From an uncultured bacterium (GTDB taxonomy: Bacteria > Patescibacteriota > Minisyncoccia > Phycocordibacterales > UBA9973): 64,000 nucleotides of DNA. The stretch is taken from NCBI GenBank assembly GCA_903894955.1, contig CAITSA010000001.1, positions 3,769 to 67,768 of the forward strand, written 5' to 3'. The notes under the pieces were generated by a model. It searched no databases. It was not told the DNA's origin and saw only the letters and a program-made list of their open reading frames with translations. This document shows positions 43,491-51,759 of this stretch, in pieces (the stretch's first letter is position 1; every line of letters starts with the position of its first letter). The position numbers and the translations under genes are program-made.

Positions 43491-45560
43491 TTATAAGTAA
43501 ATTGTTTTTATTCCACTGGCCTCACCTTCTTTTTTTAAAATATCAGCTGGAATATCTGAAATAAATTCTGATGGTGTATTTATCTGGCGTGATCCAAAAA
43601 TAGTCCGGAAATTTGCAAATGACAAAAATAATTTTTCTTTAGCGCGAGTGAGTGCCACATAAAAAAGTCTGCGTTCTTCCTCGTCGTCTTCATTTGCTTT
43701 ATTTTCATTTTGTCTTTCGTGTGGGAAAAGTCCATCTTCTAATCCTGTAATAAAAACATATTTAAATTCAAGTCCTTTTGAAGCATGGACGGTCATAAGT
43801 TTTATAGCGTTTACTTTTTCTTTTTTTTCTTGATTAATCATTAATGAATCTTGATCTGATGCTAGTGACGCATCTTCTAAAAGTTTTTCTACTCCTGTTC
43901 CACTTGTTAGATTGTCATATTTGAGTGCAAGGGTGGCGAGCTCTTTGATGTTTTCTAATCTCTCCATATCTTCTTCGGTTCCAGCAGAAAGTTCTTGTTC
44001 AATCCCGGACTTTTTAACTACAAATTTTATTATCTCGCTTGTCTTTAAACCTTGTTTTTGTTCATCTTGTCTGGATATTTTTTCTTTTATCTCTTCGAGT
44101 ATTTTATAAAAATTATTAATTTTTATTTGCATTTTTATCGGCAAGGTTTCTCTTTGTCCAGAAAAAATTTTCATTAAAGTTACTTTTCCGATGCCTCGTG
44201 CTGGGAAATTTATTATTCTTTTTATATCAGATAAACTATCGGGGTTTAGAGCTGCTCGTAAATAGGCTAAAGTATCTTTAATTTCTTTTCTTTCAAAAAA
44301 TTTAACACCTAAAACTTGATATGGGATATTATACCGAAGCATCGCTTCTTCCAAAACTCTGGACTGAAAATTTGCACGATAAAGAATTGCTATTTCAAAC
44401 AAATGAGAGGATGTTACTTTTGTGGGGTCGCTGTCTGTGCCTACTGGCACAGCGCTGCCTCTCGGCCCGTCGGCCTGTGAGACACCCCTCAAAAGCAAAT
44501 CCTCTCCTTTGTCTAGTATTTCTAGAATTTTTGTTGCGACGAATTCTCCTTCGTCTGTTTCGTCGAGTGCTTCATATAAGCCTATCTTCTCCCCTTCCAC
44601 ATTGTTTGTAAATAAATTTTTATCTGGTCTATATTTATTTTTCTTGATTACCACATTGGCTGCTTCTAAAATATTTTTTGTAGATCTGTAATTTTGTTCC
44701 AGTAAAATTATTTTTGCATTTGGATAATCTTTTTCAAAATTTAAAATATTTTTCAAATTTGCTCCGCGCCAAGAATAGATATTTTGATCTGCATCACCCA
44801 CCACGCAAATATTTCTATTAGTATTTGTTAGTAATTTAGACATCAAATACTGCACTTCATTTGTGTCTTGATATTCATCGATGTGTATATATTCCCATCT
44901 TTCTTGATAAATTTTTCTTATCTCTTTGTTTTCTTTTAATAATTTTGTAGTCTTTAACAACAGATCATCAAAATCTAATGCATTCTCTTTTGTCTTTTGT
45001 TTTTCATATAAATTCCAAACTTGAGCCACAATTTTCCCCAAAGAATTTCCTCCTCCCTCTTCCCTTTCTACATAATCCGCTAAATATACAAACTTTCCTT
45101 TTTCTCGGGAAATTATATTTTTGATTTTTTTTGGATCATATTGTTTCGGGTCTAAGCTAAGCTCTTTTAAGATATTCTTTATCAGAGTGGTGGTATCATT
45201 TTCGTCTAAAATAGTAAAATATTTTGTTAAACCTAAAAGTTGTGCATTTTCTTTTATAATATAGACTCCCAAAGAGTGGAAGGTGCTGACGAAAGGAATT
45301 TTATCTTGTCCTTTGGCATTTTTTTGGATTTCTCCGATAATTCTCTCGCGCATTTCTTTAGCTGCTTTGTTGGTGAACGTGACCGCTAAAATTTTATCAG
45401 GCGAAACTCCATTTTTTATTAGATTGACAATTCGATGCGTAATAGTCTTTGTTTTTCCCGCTCCCGCTCCAGCCACAATCAAAAGTGGACCCTTCACATG
45501 AAGTGCTGCCTCTTTTTGCTCCTTATTGAGACCTTTTAAATGCTGTTCGTCTATAGCCAC
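43491..45560 (-). CDS. pcrA: UvrD/PcrA-family SF1 DNA helicase
   Basis: AGAGAGKTKTITHR, IHIDEYQDTN, VGDADQNIYSWRGA, TVHASKGLEF. Confidence 0.9.
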   Translation of the reverse strand: MAIDEQHLKGLNKEQKEAALHVKGPLLIVAGAGAGKTKTITHRIVNLIKNGVSPDKILAVTFTNKAAKEMRERIIGEIQKNAKGQDKIPFVSTFHSLGVYIIKENAQLLGLTKYFTILDENDTTTLIKNILKELSLDPKQYDPKKIKNIISREKGKFVYLADYVEREEGGGNSLGKIVAQVWNLYEKQKTKENALDFDDLLLKTTKLLKENKEIRKIYQERWEYIHIDEYQDTNEVQYLMSKLLTNTNRNICVVGDADQNIYSWRGANLKNILNFEKDYPNAKIILLEQNYRSTKNILEAANVVIKKNKYRPDKNLFTNNVEGEKIGLYEALDETDEGEFVATKILEILDKGEDLLLRGVSQADGPRGSAVPVGTDSDPTKVTSSHLFEIAILYRANFQSRVLEEAMLRYNIPYQVLGVKFFERKEIKDTLAYLRAALNPDSLSDIKRIINFPARGIGKVTLMKIFSGQRETLPIKMQIKINNFYKILEEIKEKISRQDEQKQGLKTSEIIKFVVKKSGIEQELSAGTEEDMERLENIKELATLALKYDNLTSGTGVEKLLEDASLASDQDSLMINQEKKEKVNAIKLMTVHASKGLEFKYVFITGLEDGLFPHERQNENKANEDDEEERRLFYVALTRAKEKLFLSFANFRTIFGSRQINTPSEFISDIPADILKKEGEASGIKTIYL

Positions 45561-45580
45561 GCATCTAATATAACACGAAT

Positions 45581-48496
45581 TTATTTTCTTAGACTTTCTT
45601 CAAATATTTCTAATTTTCCATCTGCCACTAGTTTTTGCAAAGCGCGGCATATGTAATGTCCACTATTCTCAGTTCCTACTCCAAGGAACCCTGCTTTAGG
45701 TTTAAGTTCGCTGAAATTTTTAAGTAAATTTAAATAATCTGAGAAACGTTTCGTTGTGGCATCAATATTTGTTTCGTTTGTGTATTCTAGAATCTTGGTT
45801 GCTTTTAAGGCACCCAACCTACTCCAGGTTGCTGGTTCGTTTCCAAATAAATGATTCATATCTCCAAGGCTGGCATCATAAGCTTTTATTAATTCCTTCC
45901 CAGGTAAATTGAAAGGATTATCTGCAAATACCGGATATTTTTGTAAAATAACATTTTCATCTGTTGTAAGTTCAGGAAAATATGGTTTACCATATGCATC
46001 ATGAAATTGACCAGCTTCATTAAGATAATATCTTTCTCCATTAAATATAGATGTTTGATTTCCATAATAATTACCCCCAGTATAGGCTTCACTTCCAGTA
46101 TATGCTACATCATTTCCCGTATATGCTTTAGTTCCAATCTCATGGGCTGTGCCTACATGTACAACTTGAGAACCTAGATGAGGTGTTTTTATGTTATTGG
46201 CAAGATTGGGCTTTTCTGTTCCCGCAACACCCTGTGTTGCTTTTAATTTTTCAGCTTCATTAAATTTATCATCTATTTCTTTTTCTATTTGATCTGCAGT
46301 CTTTATGCTTGGCGCTTTAACTTTTTCTGGTTCAGTAGGTGGAGTAGTATGATGTTCTTGTACAACTTGTTCTGGTTGGTGGTGAGCTGTGCTTATTTTT
46401 TCATATTGGTTATTTGGGTTTTTCCCAAATTCATACCCTTCTTCTTTATCATATGTTTCAATTATTTTCCCATCAAGTGTTTTTTCTATAACTACTGGGT
46501 GTCCATTTTCCACTTTAAGTTCAAAAGCTATTTTATTTGCTTCTGTTATGCGAACTTCTTGCCCATTTTCCCCAATATAACCCATCTTATCAGCTATTTT
46601 ATGAGCTTCTTGTCCTGCGAATTTATGCAAAGCCGCTGTATCACTTGTGTCTCCCTTAAATCCTAATTGTTCGGCTAATTTTGGATTAGCATCTATTTGT
46701 TTTATGAATGTATGCTCCACTCCTTGACCTTGATATACTACTGCGTTTGCATTTGGAGGAGTTAGAGTTTCTGGAGTAGCTACATTAGCAGATTCAGGTG
46801 AAGTAGTAGGAGGCACATTTGAGAAATTTTTCGGAGCACCAGTAGCATCAGGTTGAGCAACTCCACTTTTTGGCATATTTCCATGAACTCCCCACCAGCC
46901 TAAATGTTCTCCAACATACCTCAAAGCATAACCAGCAGTTGCTAGTCCAGCTCCTAGTAATGCACCATTTCGTGTTTGTTTGTAAATAAATTCTCTTTGT
47001 GCTTCAGAAGTTTTTTCAGCTAGATTGCTACCTTTTCTAGCTAATAGAAGATTAATTCTTGTTTTTAATTCCACATTTGTTTTTTCAGACATTGTTTCTC
47101 TTAAAACCAATGCTTCATTTAAATTATTTACTAAATTATATTCATTCACAAGAGACGACTTAGAATCTCCAAAATTTACTTGTCCTTTTTCTATTTTACC
47201 TAAAGTGTGCTCTATTCTTACAGACAACATACTAAGTTTTTCTGCGTGTTCTTCTTTTCGTTCGTCTTTATTAGTAGTATTTTTTATTTCTTGAATTAAT
47301 TTTTCTAAACGTTTATTTAAATGCGTTGCATCCGTAGTTACAATTTTTTCTTTACTAGTATCTTTTTTCCCATGCCTAGCTTCTTTTTGTCTTTCTTCTA
47401 GGGTTTCTTTCCCGCGAAAACGACCTCTGATTCCTCCTATTACTCCACCTACAGCAACAGTAGCTACTCCTGTCATAATATTTACCCCTGAAGCAAAAGC
47501 TAAACTTTTTGATAACCATCTTGCACCATAACCTCCAGCAAATATAGCTTTATTTATAGCTCCTTTCCCTCCAGCCATATTCAAAACATCTTTTCCTTGG
47601 GCAAGCCAGTTGTCACTTTTTTCATTTTTTGATAAATGGGCCAGTTCTGCTTCAAATTCAGGATGTGTGTTTATTAGCTGGTCCATTTTAATTAGGTTAT
47701 CCAACTGTAAGAATTCTATTATTGCAGACCCTTTTCCTTTTTCATTTTCCTTTATTTTTAAAAGTTCATTTCTTGCTTTTTCATATTCAGCTTTAGTTTT
47801 TTCGTATTCTTTTCTATGCTTAACCCCTATTTCCATACTTCCTAATTTTAATTTAGCTTTCTCTTGACTCCATTCATAGGGTATTTTTCGAAAATTATTT
47901 GCCGCAGTATTGAAATTTATAATAATTATTTTTTCTATCTCGCTAGAAGCTTTATCTGGATTAATAAAAGCAATTTCTAGTTTATTATTATTTATAGAAA
48001 CCTCTCTATCCTTTGTCATCTCTGTAAGTTGTGCCAAATTTTCAACTATTAGTTTTTTCCCTTCTTCTGTATTTTTGATTGTTTCGAAAGCTTTTATTTC
48101 AAAGTTTTTTGTTTCTGATTCTTTATTTAGGGATGTTCTTATTTTTGCTATTGCTCCTTTTTCTTTTATGTCTTCAGAATATTGTGTTTGTGCGTCTGAT
48201 TTTACAAGGTCAACAATTCTGCGCTTGAGATCTCGAATTATTTTTAGTTTTTGTGCATTATTTAAAGTTTCAAATTCTTTTGTAAGAAAGGGACCCAAAT
48301 CCATTTCAGTAATAAAATCTGTTACTTCTTTTTGTGCACGTTCTTTATTATATTGCTGTTCTGGCTCTTCTTCATAGGTCTCTTTTGTTTCTTCTTCAAC
48401 TTCTTCTGGGATAACATCTATAATATTAGGATCTTTGGGATTTATTTCTCCTCTTATTGCTCTTAGGAGACGTTCTGTTTCATTCATAGTATTCAT
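45581..48496 (-). CDS. 971-aa orphan protein with two Gly-rich hydrophobic hairpins
   Basis: Acidic/coiled N-terminal third. GVNIMTGVATVAVGGVIGGI and GALLGAGLATAGYAL segments. No recognisable catalytic motif. Confidence 0.7.
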   Translation of the reverse strand: MNTMNETERLLRAIRGEINPKDPNIIDVIPEEVEEETKETYEEEPEQQYNKERAQKEVTDFITEMDLGPFLTKEFETLNNAQKLKIIRDLKRRIVDLVKSDAQTQYSEDIKEKGAIAKIRTSLNKESETKNFEIKAFETIKNTEEGKKLIVENLAQLTEMTKDREVSINNNKLEIAFINPDKASSEIEKIIIINFNTAANNFRKIPYEWSQEKAKLKLGSMEIGVKHRKEYEKTKAEYEKARNELLKIKENEKGKGSAIIEFLQLDNLIKMDQLINTHPEFEAELAHLSKNEKSDNWLAQGKDVLNMAGGKGAINKAIFAGGYGARWLSKSLAFASGVNIMTGVATVAVGGVIGGIRGRFRGKETLEERQKEARHGKKDTSKEKIVTTDATHLNKRLEKLIQEIKNTTNKDERKEEHAEKLSMLSVRIEHTLGKIEKGQVNFGDSKSSLVNEYNLVNNLNEALVLRETMSEKTNVELKTRINLLLARKGSNLAEKTSEAQREFIYKQTRNGALLGAGLATAGYALRYVGEHLGWWGVHGNMPKSGVAQPDATGAPKNFSNVPPTTSPESANVATPETLTPPNANAVVYQGQGVEHTFIKQIDANPKLAEQLGFKGDTSDTAALHKFAGQEAHKIADKMGYIGENGQEVRITEANKIAFELKVENGHPVVIEKTLDGKIIETYDKEEGYEFGKNPNNQYEKISTAHHQPEQVVQEHHTTPPTEPEKVKAPSIKTADQIEKEIDDKFNEAEKLKATQGVAGTEKPNLANNIKTPHLGSQVVHVGTAHEIGTKAYTGNDVAYTGSEAYTGGNYYGNQTSIFNGERYYLNEAGQFHDAYGKPYFPELTTDENVILQKYPVFADNPFNLPGKELIKAYDASLGDMNHLFGNEPATWSRLGALKATKILEYTNETNIDATTKRFSDYLNLLKNFSELKPKAGFLGVGTENSGHYICRALQKLVADGKLEIFEESLRK

Positions 48497-48585
48497 ATTA
48501 TACCCAATAGTAAGATTTTAACAATTTTTTAGGTGTGTGGTTTATCCACAGGTGGTTCTTGTCCGATTGACTTTTGACCATTTTT

Positions 48586-48711
48586 GCGATATCTTGGAGG
48601 GGTACCCAGCAGTAGAGAAATCTCACTTCTGGGCATAGTCCTGAAGAGAGGTACAGAGCAAATTGACTGAAGGCTAGAGAAGACAGTAACCATCGTGAGA
48701 ACCTTTATCGC
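48586..48711 (+). promoter_or_regulatory. candidate c-di-AMP (ydaO/yuaA-class) riboswitch
   Basis: P1 GCGATA/TATCGC. GGGGTACCCAGC (cf. GGGGGACCCA); internal pseudo-repeat GAGGTACAGAGC; GACAGTAACCATCGTGAG (cf. GUCAGCUAACCUCGUAAG). Lies upstream of a LysM/M23 cell-wall hydrolase, a typical ydaO context. Confidence 0.55.
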
Positions 48712-48785
48712 CAGTTGGCGAATGCAGCACAATACAGGTCGTCCTGTGATTCTACCTTTATAATAAAAGGCTAGAAAAGGAAATC

Positions 48786-49865
48786 TTGCGATATTTAGTT
48801 TGTTTTATAAAACGTTCAACTAAAACAGTTAGCAAAATATTTAGATCTACTTTAGCCTCTTCTTTATTGCTTGGGACTCTTTTTATGTCTGCCAGAGTAG
48901 CTCAAGCAGATTTCCTTTCTTCTATCTTTGGTGGTGGCCAAGCTTATGCGCTTCAAGTTAGTGATTCTAATCAAGTTACAGATGGTAAAAATAATGATGA
49001 TTCAGTAACTATTACCGATGATAGTGGTACTGCCCTTGTTCCAGCAACTGGTCTTTCGGGCGGGCAAGATGTCTCTGCTTCTTCAGGAGACACAAGTGTT
49101 TATGTAGTTAGGCCGGGAGATAATATTGCCACTATCGCTAAAATGTTTGATGTTTCGGTAGATACTATTCTTTGGGCTAATGACATGAAAAAGGGAGATA
49201 AACTTACGACAGGCGATGTCCTTTTGATTTTACCTATTTCTGGGCTTGAACATACAGTTACTAAAGGTCAAACCTTACAGAGTATTGCCAAGCTTTATAA
49301 AGTGGACGTAAATGACATTATTCAAAACAATGATGTTACTGAGGATACCAAACTAGCCGTTGGTGATACGCTTATTGTTCCGAATGCCTCAAAATCTGAA
49401 GAAAGTGGTATTCCCGTCAAGGACACAAAGGCAAGCACCGTAAAAGATAATCAATATTATCAAAAGCATCCTATCAAGAATCTTGCTGGGTATTATGTAA
49501 ATCCTGTACCAGGCTATAGAAAAAGCCAAGGTATTCATGACAATAATGCGGTAGATCTCGCTATCCCCAGAGGAACTTCTGTTCACGCGGCTGCTTCTGG
49601 TACTGTTACTCTTGCTAGACTTGGATACAATGGAGGGTTCGGAGGATTAGTAATTATTTCTCACCCAAATGGAACATCAACTCTTTATGCTCATTTATCC
49701 AAGTTGTCTACCTATACCGGAGAAAGTGTTTCTCAAGGTGAAGTAATTGCATCTTCTGGAGGTGTCCCTGGGACTCCTTATGCCGGACATTCTACTGGCG
49801 CACACCTACACTTTGAAGTTCATGGAGCAAGGAATCCAGGGGCAGATGGATCTTGGGCAAATTAA
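48786..49865 (+). CDS. secreted LysM-LysM-M23 peptidoglycan endopeptidase (TTG start)
   Basis: Signal peptide ...LFMSARVAQA. Two LysM repeats (YVVRPGDNIATIAKMF; HTVTKGQTLQSIAKLY). M23 motifs GIHDNNAVDLA...HLHFEV. Confidence 0.85.
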   Translation: MRYLVCFIKRSTKTVSKIFRSTLASSLLLGTLFMSARVAQADFLSSIFGGGQAYALQVSDSNQVTDGKNNDDSVTITDDSGTALVPATGLSGGQDVSASSGDTSVYVVRPGDNIATIAKMFDVSVDTILWANDMKKGDKLTTGDVLLILPISGLEHTVTKGQTLQSIAKLYKVDVNDIIQNNDVTEDTKLAVGDTLIVPNASKSEESGIPVKDTKASTVKDNQYYQKHPIKNLAGYYVNPVPGYRKSQGIHDNNAVDLAIPRGTSVHAAASGTVTLARLGYNGGFGGLVIISHPNGTSTLYAHLSKLSTYTGESVSQGEVIASSGGVPGTPYAGHSTGAHLHFEVHGARNPGADGSWAN

Positions 49866-49869
49866 AATT

Positions 49870-49973
49870 CTTTAGAATATAACTTTTTCCGGTACGGATT
49901 TTTCGAAGCTTGAAAAATCCTGAAGTTCTCGGCTCGTCAGCCTCGAAACCCCTACAAAAATTATATTCTAAAG
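49870..49973 (+). repeat. arm-core-arm element, copy C (conserved hairpin CTCGGCTCGTCAGCCT at 49928-49943)
   Basis: 13-bp perfect arms CTTTAGAATATAA / TTATATTCTAAAG. Core: TTTTTCCGGTAC-[GGATTTTTCGAAGCTTGAAAAATCC]-TGAAGTT-CTCGGCTCGTCAGCCT-CGAAACCCCTAC. Confidence 0.7.
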
Positions 49974-49977
49974 ATAT

Positions 49978-50703
49978 TTAAATTCCAGCGAGATGAATTG
50001 CTCCAAATAAAACAACCACTCCTAATATAGTAGCTACTGTAGTCCACATAGTGGGATGATTGTGGTGGCTTTCTGGTAGTAAATCAGATGCTCCTATGTA
50101 CAAGAAAAATCCAGTAAATAAAGCAAGAATTATCCCTAAGGTTGATTCTGATACTGAAAAAAATAAAGTAGAAGTTATTCCCAAGACTGGAGCAATGGCG
50201 TCAACTAACAGCCAGCTAAAAGCTTGTTTTTTTGTACCAGAATTTTTTAAGATCATATTAACTGTATTTATTCCATCAGAAAAATCATGAACTAATACAG
50301 CAACAGCTACGATAGCACCAACAGCGCTTGATACTTGGAAAGCTAAACCGATAGCAGCCCCATCTAGAAAACTATGCGCAGATAAACTTCCAGCTCCAAG
50401 CAATCCCCTTTTATTTGGATTACACCCCTCATCATTATGGTCACAGTGTGAATGAAAGAAAAAGAGTCTATCTAAAATCATATAAATTACGAAACCAAGA
50501 GCGGTAATGGAGGTAATCAAACTAAGATCATAACTTCCTCCTCCTAGTTCTAATGCTTCAGGCAATAAATCAAAAAATGCTACACCAATAACTGCTCCAG
50601 CCGAGAATCCTAAAATTAAATGTAGTTTATCTTTGAAACGCAAAGCGAACATTCCACCCAAGAATGTGGAAACTAATGTTGCAATAGCTATGAATATAAT
50701 CAT
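49978..50703 (-). CDS. ZIP-family divalent metal transporter
   Basis: HDFSDGINTV, LLPESHHNH; about 8 TM; 241 aa. Confidence 0.8.
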   Translation of the reverse strand: MIIFIAIATLVSTFLGGMFALRFKDKLHLILGFSAGAVIGVAFFDLLPEALELGGGSYDLSLITSITALGFVIYMILDRLFFFHSHCDHNDEGCNPNKRGLLGAGSLSAHSFLDGAAIGLAFQVSSAVGAIVAVAVLVHDFSDGINTVNMILKNSGTKKQAFSWLLVDAIAPVLGITSTLFFSVSESTLGIILALFTGFFLYIGASDLLPESHHNHPTMWTTVATILGVVVLFGAIHLAGI

Positions 50704-50704
50704 G

Positions 50705-50775
50705 TGCGGGATGGGAGAATCGAACTCCCAACCTCAGTTTGGAAAACTGACGTTTTACCATTAAACTAATCCCGC
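50705..50775 (-). tRNA. tRNA-Gly (anticodon UCC)
   Basis: Hand-folded: GCGGGAT-TA-GTTT-AATGGTA-AAAC-G-TCAGT-TTTCCAA-ACTGA-GGTT-GGGAG-TTCGATT-CTCCC-ATCCCGC-A. No encoded CCA. Confidence 0.9.
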
Positions 50776-50805
50776 AATGTCACAAATCCTGAATTTACTG
50801 AAGGG

Positions 50806-50876
50806 TCGGGCTGCTGGGAATTGAACCCAGTCTAAATGCTCCCAAAGCACTTGTACTACCGGTATACTACAGCCCG
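50806..50876 (-). tRNA. tRNA-Pro (anticodon UGG)
   Basis: Hand-folded: CGGGCTG-TA-GTAT-ACCGGTA-GTAC-A-AGTGC-TTTGGGA-GCATT-TAGA-CTGGG-TTCAATT-CCCAG-CAGCCCG-A. G37 present. Confidence 0.9.
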
Positions 50877-50913
50877 AAAATTATATAAATTTTGAAAAAC
50901 ACTTACCGACAAT

Positions 50914-50965
50914 AGTCTAAATGCTCTCACTATAAGCACTTGTACTACCGGTATACTACAACCCG
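50914..50965 (-). pseudogene. 5' fragment of a tRNA-Pro-like gene (acceptor 5' strand to variable region) with an 11-nt anticodon loop and no T-arm
   Basis: CGGGTTGTAGTATACCGGTAGTACAAGTGC-TTATAGTGAGA-GCATTTAGAC. Identical to tRNA-Pro except for one substitution and the enlarged loop. Similarity ends before the T-arm. Confidence 0.7.
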
Positions 50966-50984
50966 CTTTCGCTGGTTTAATATA

Positions 50985-51416
50985 TCACAAAATAATATCA
51001 TTGACCACTTTTATTCTTGCTTTTTTGTTTTTTATATCAAGAAATACAACCAATAAATCTATTTGCCATTCTTTATCATCCGATATTTTTTCAGACAAAA
51101 GATAAGTTTGAATTGTTCGTGATAAACGTTTTAATTTCCACGGATGCATGTTGTCTTCAGGTCTAGGATCAGATATTTCATGCCCGCCTTGTCTAATTGA
51201 GGCAGGTAAAACATTGTTTAAGGTTTCACAGGCAACTGATTTTACCTCAATAAAGTATAATTTATTAGCTTTTTCAGCTATTATATCTATTTCACCCCAT
51301 TTTTTAGTATAATTTCGATCTAATATTGAAAAATTATGTTTCACGAGAAACTTTACTGCAATGTTTTCGCCAATCTCCCCTATTTTTTGTGTTTTTGATG
51401 TAAATACTTTTGGCAT
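50985..51416 (-). CDS. yraN: YraN-family (UPF0102) endonuclease-like protein
   Basis: GENIAVKFL...WGEIDIIA...LYFIEVKS. Confidence 0.75.
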   Translation of the reverse strand: MPKVFTSKTQKIGEIGENIAVKFLVKHNFSILDRNYTKKWGEIDIIAEKANKLYFIEVKSVACETLNNVLPASIRQGGHEISDPRPEDNMHPWKLKRLSRTIQTYLLSEKISDDKEWQIDLLVVFLDIKNKKARIKVVNDIIL

Positions 51417-51486
51417 TTTAATTTTACCAATATTAAATCTTAATTTTACAAGGTTTTATAAGAAAAATGTTAGTTTCACATGGAAC

Positions 51487-51504
51487 ATGTTTCACGTGAA
51501 ACAT
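51487..51504. promoter_or_regulatory. 18-bp perfect palindrome ATGTTTCACGTGAAACAT (candidate operator)
   Basis: Exact dyad about 70 nt upstream of the yraN start. An extra half-site AGTTTCACATGGAAC lies immediately upstream. Confidence 0.4.
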
Positions 51505-51685
51505 TTATCAAATTTTAATGTCTTTTACTGAAATATCCTTATTTTACAAGCTATTTTATAAAAAAGCATAATAAAAGACAATTTTTTATTGTGTCCTTTA
51601 TGAACACTACTAACATAGTTATCCACATATTTAATAAAAACTTTATATCGTAAAGGTTTAACTAAGAGACATCAAAAATTTAATG

Positions 51686-51756
51686 TGCGGCCACCGGGAA
51701 TCGGACCCGAATCTGATCCTTGGCAAGGACCTGTTCTACCATTAAACCATGACCGC
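51686..51756 (-). tRNA. tRNA-Gly (anticodon GCC)
   Basis: Hand-folded: GCGGTCA-TG-GTTT-AATGGTA-GAAC-A-GGTCC-TTGCCAA-GGATC-AGAT-TCGGG-TCCGATT-CCCGG-TGGCCGC-A. Atypical T-loop (C at position 55). Confidence 0.8.
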
Positions 51757-51759
51757 TTT

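Noticed and set aside
48529-48732. A 67-aa minus-strand ORF in the spacer upstream of the M23 peptidase gene.
   Set aside because: It overlaps the riboswitch-like structured region. The sequence is Cys/Arg/Pro-rich without a start context, so the RNA element explains it better.
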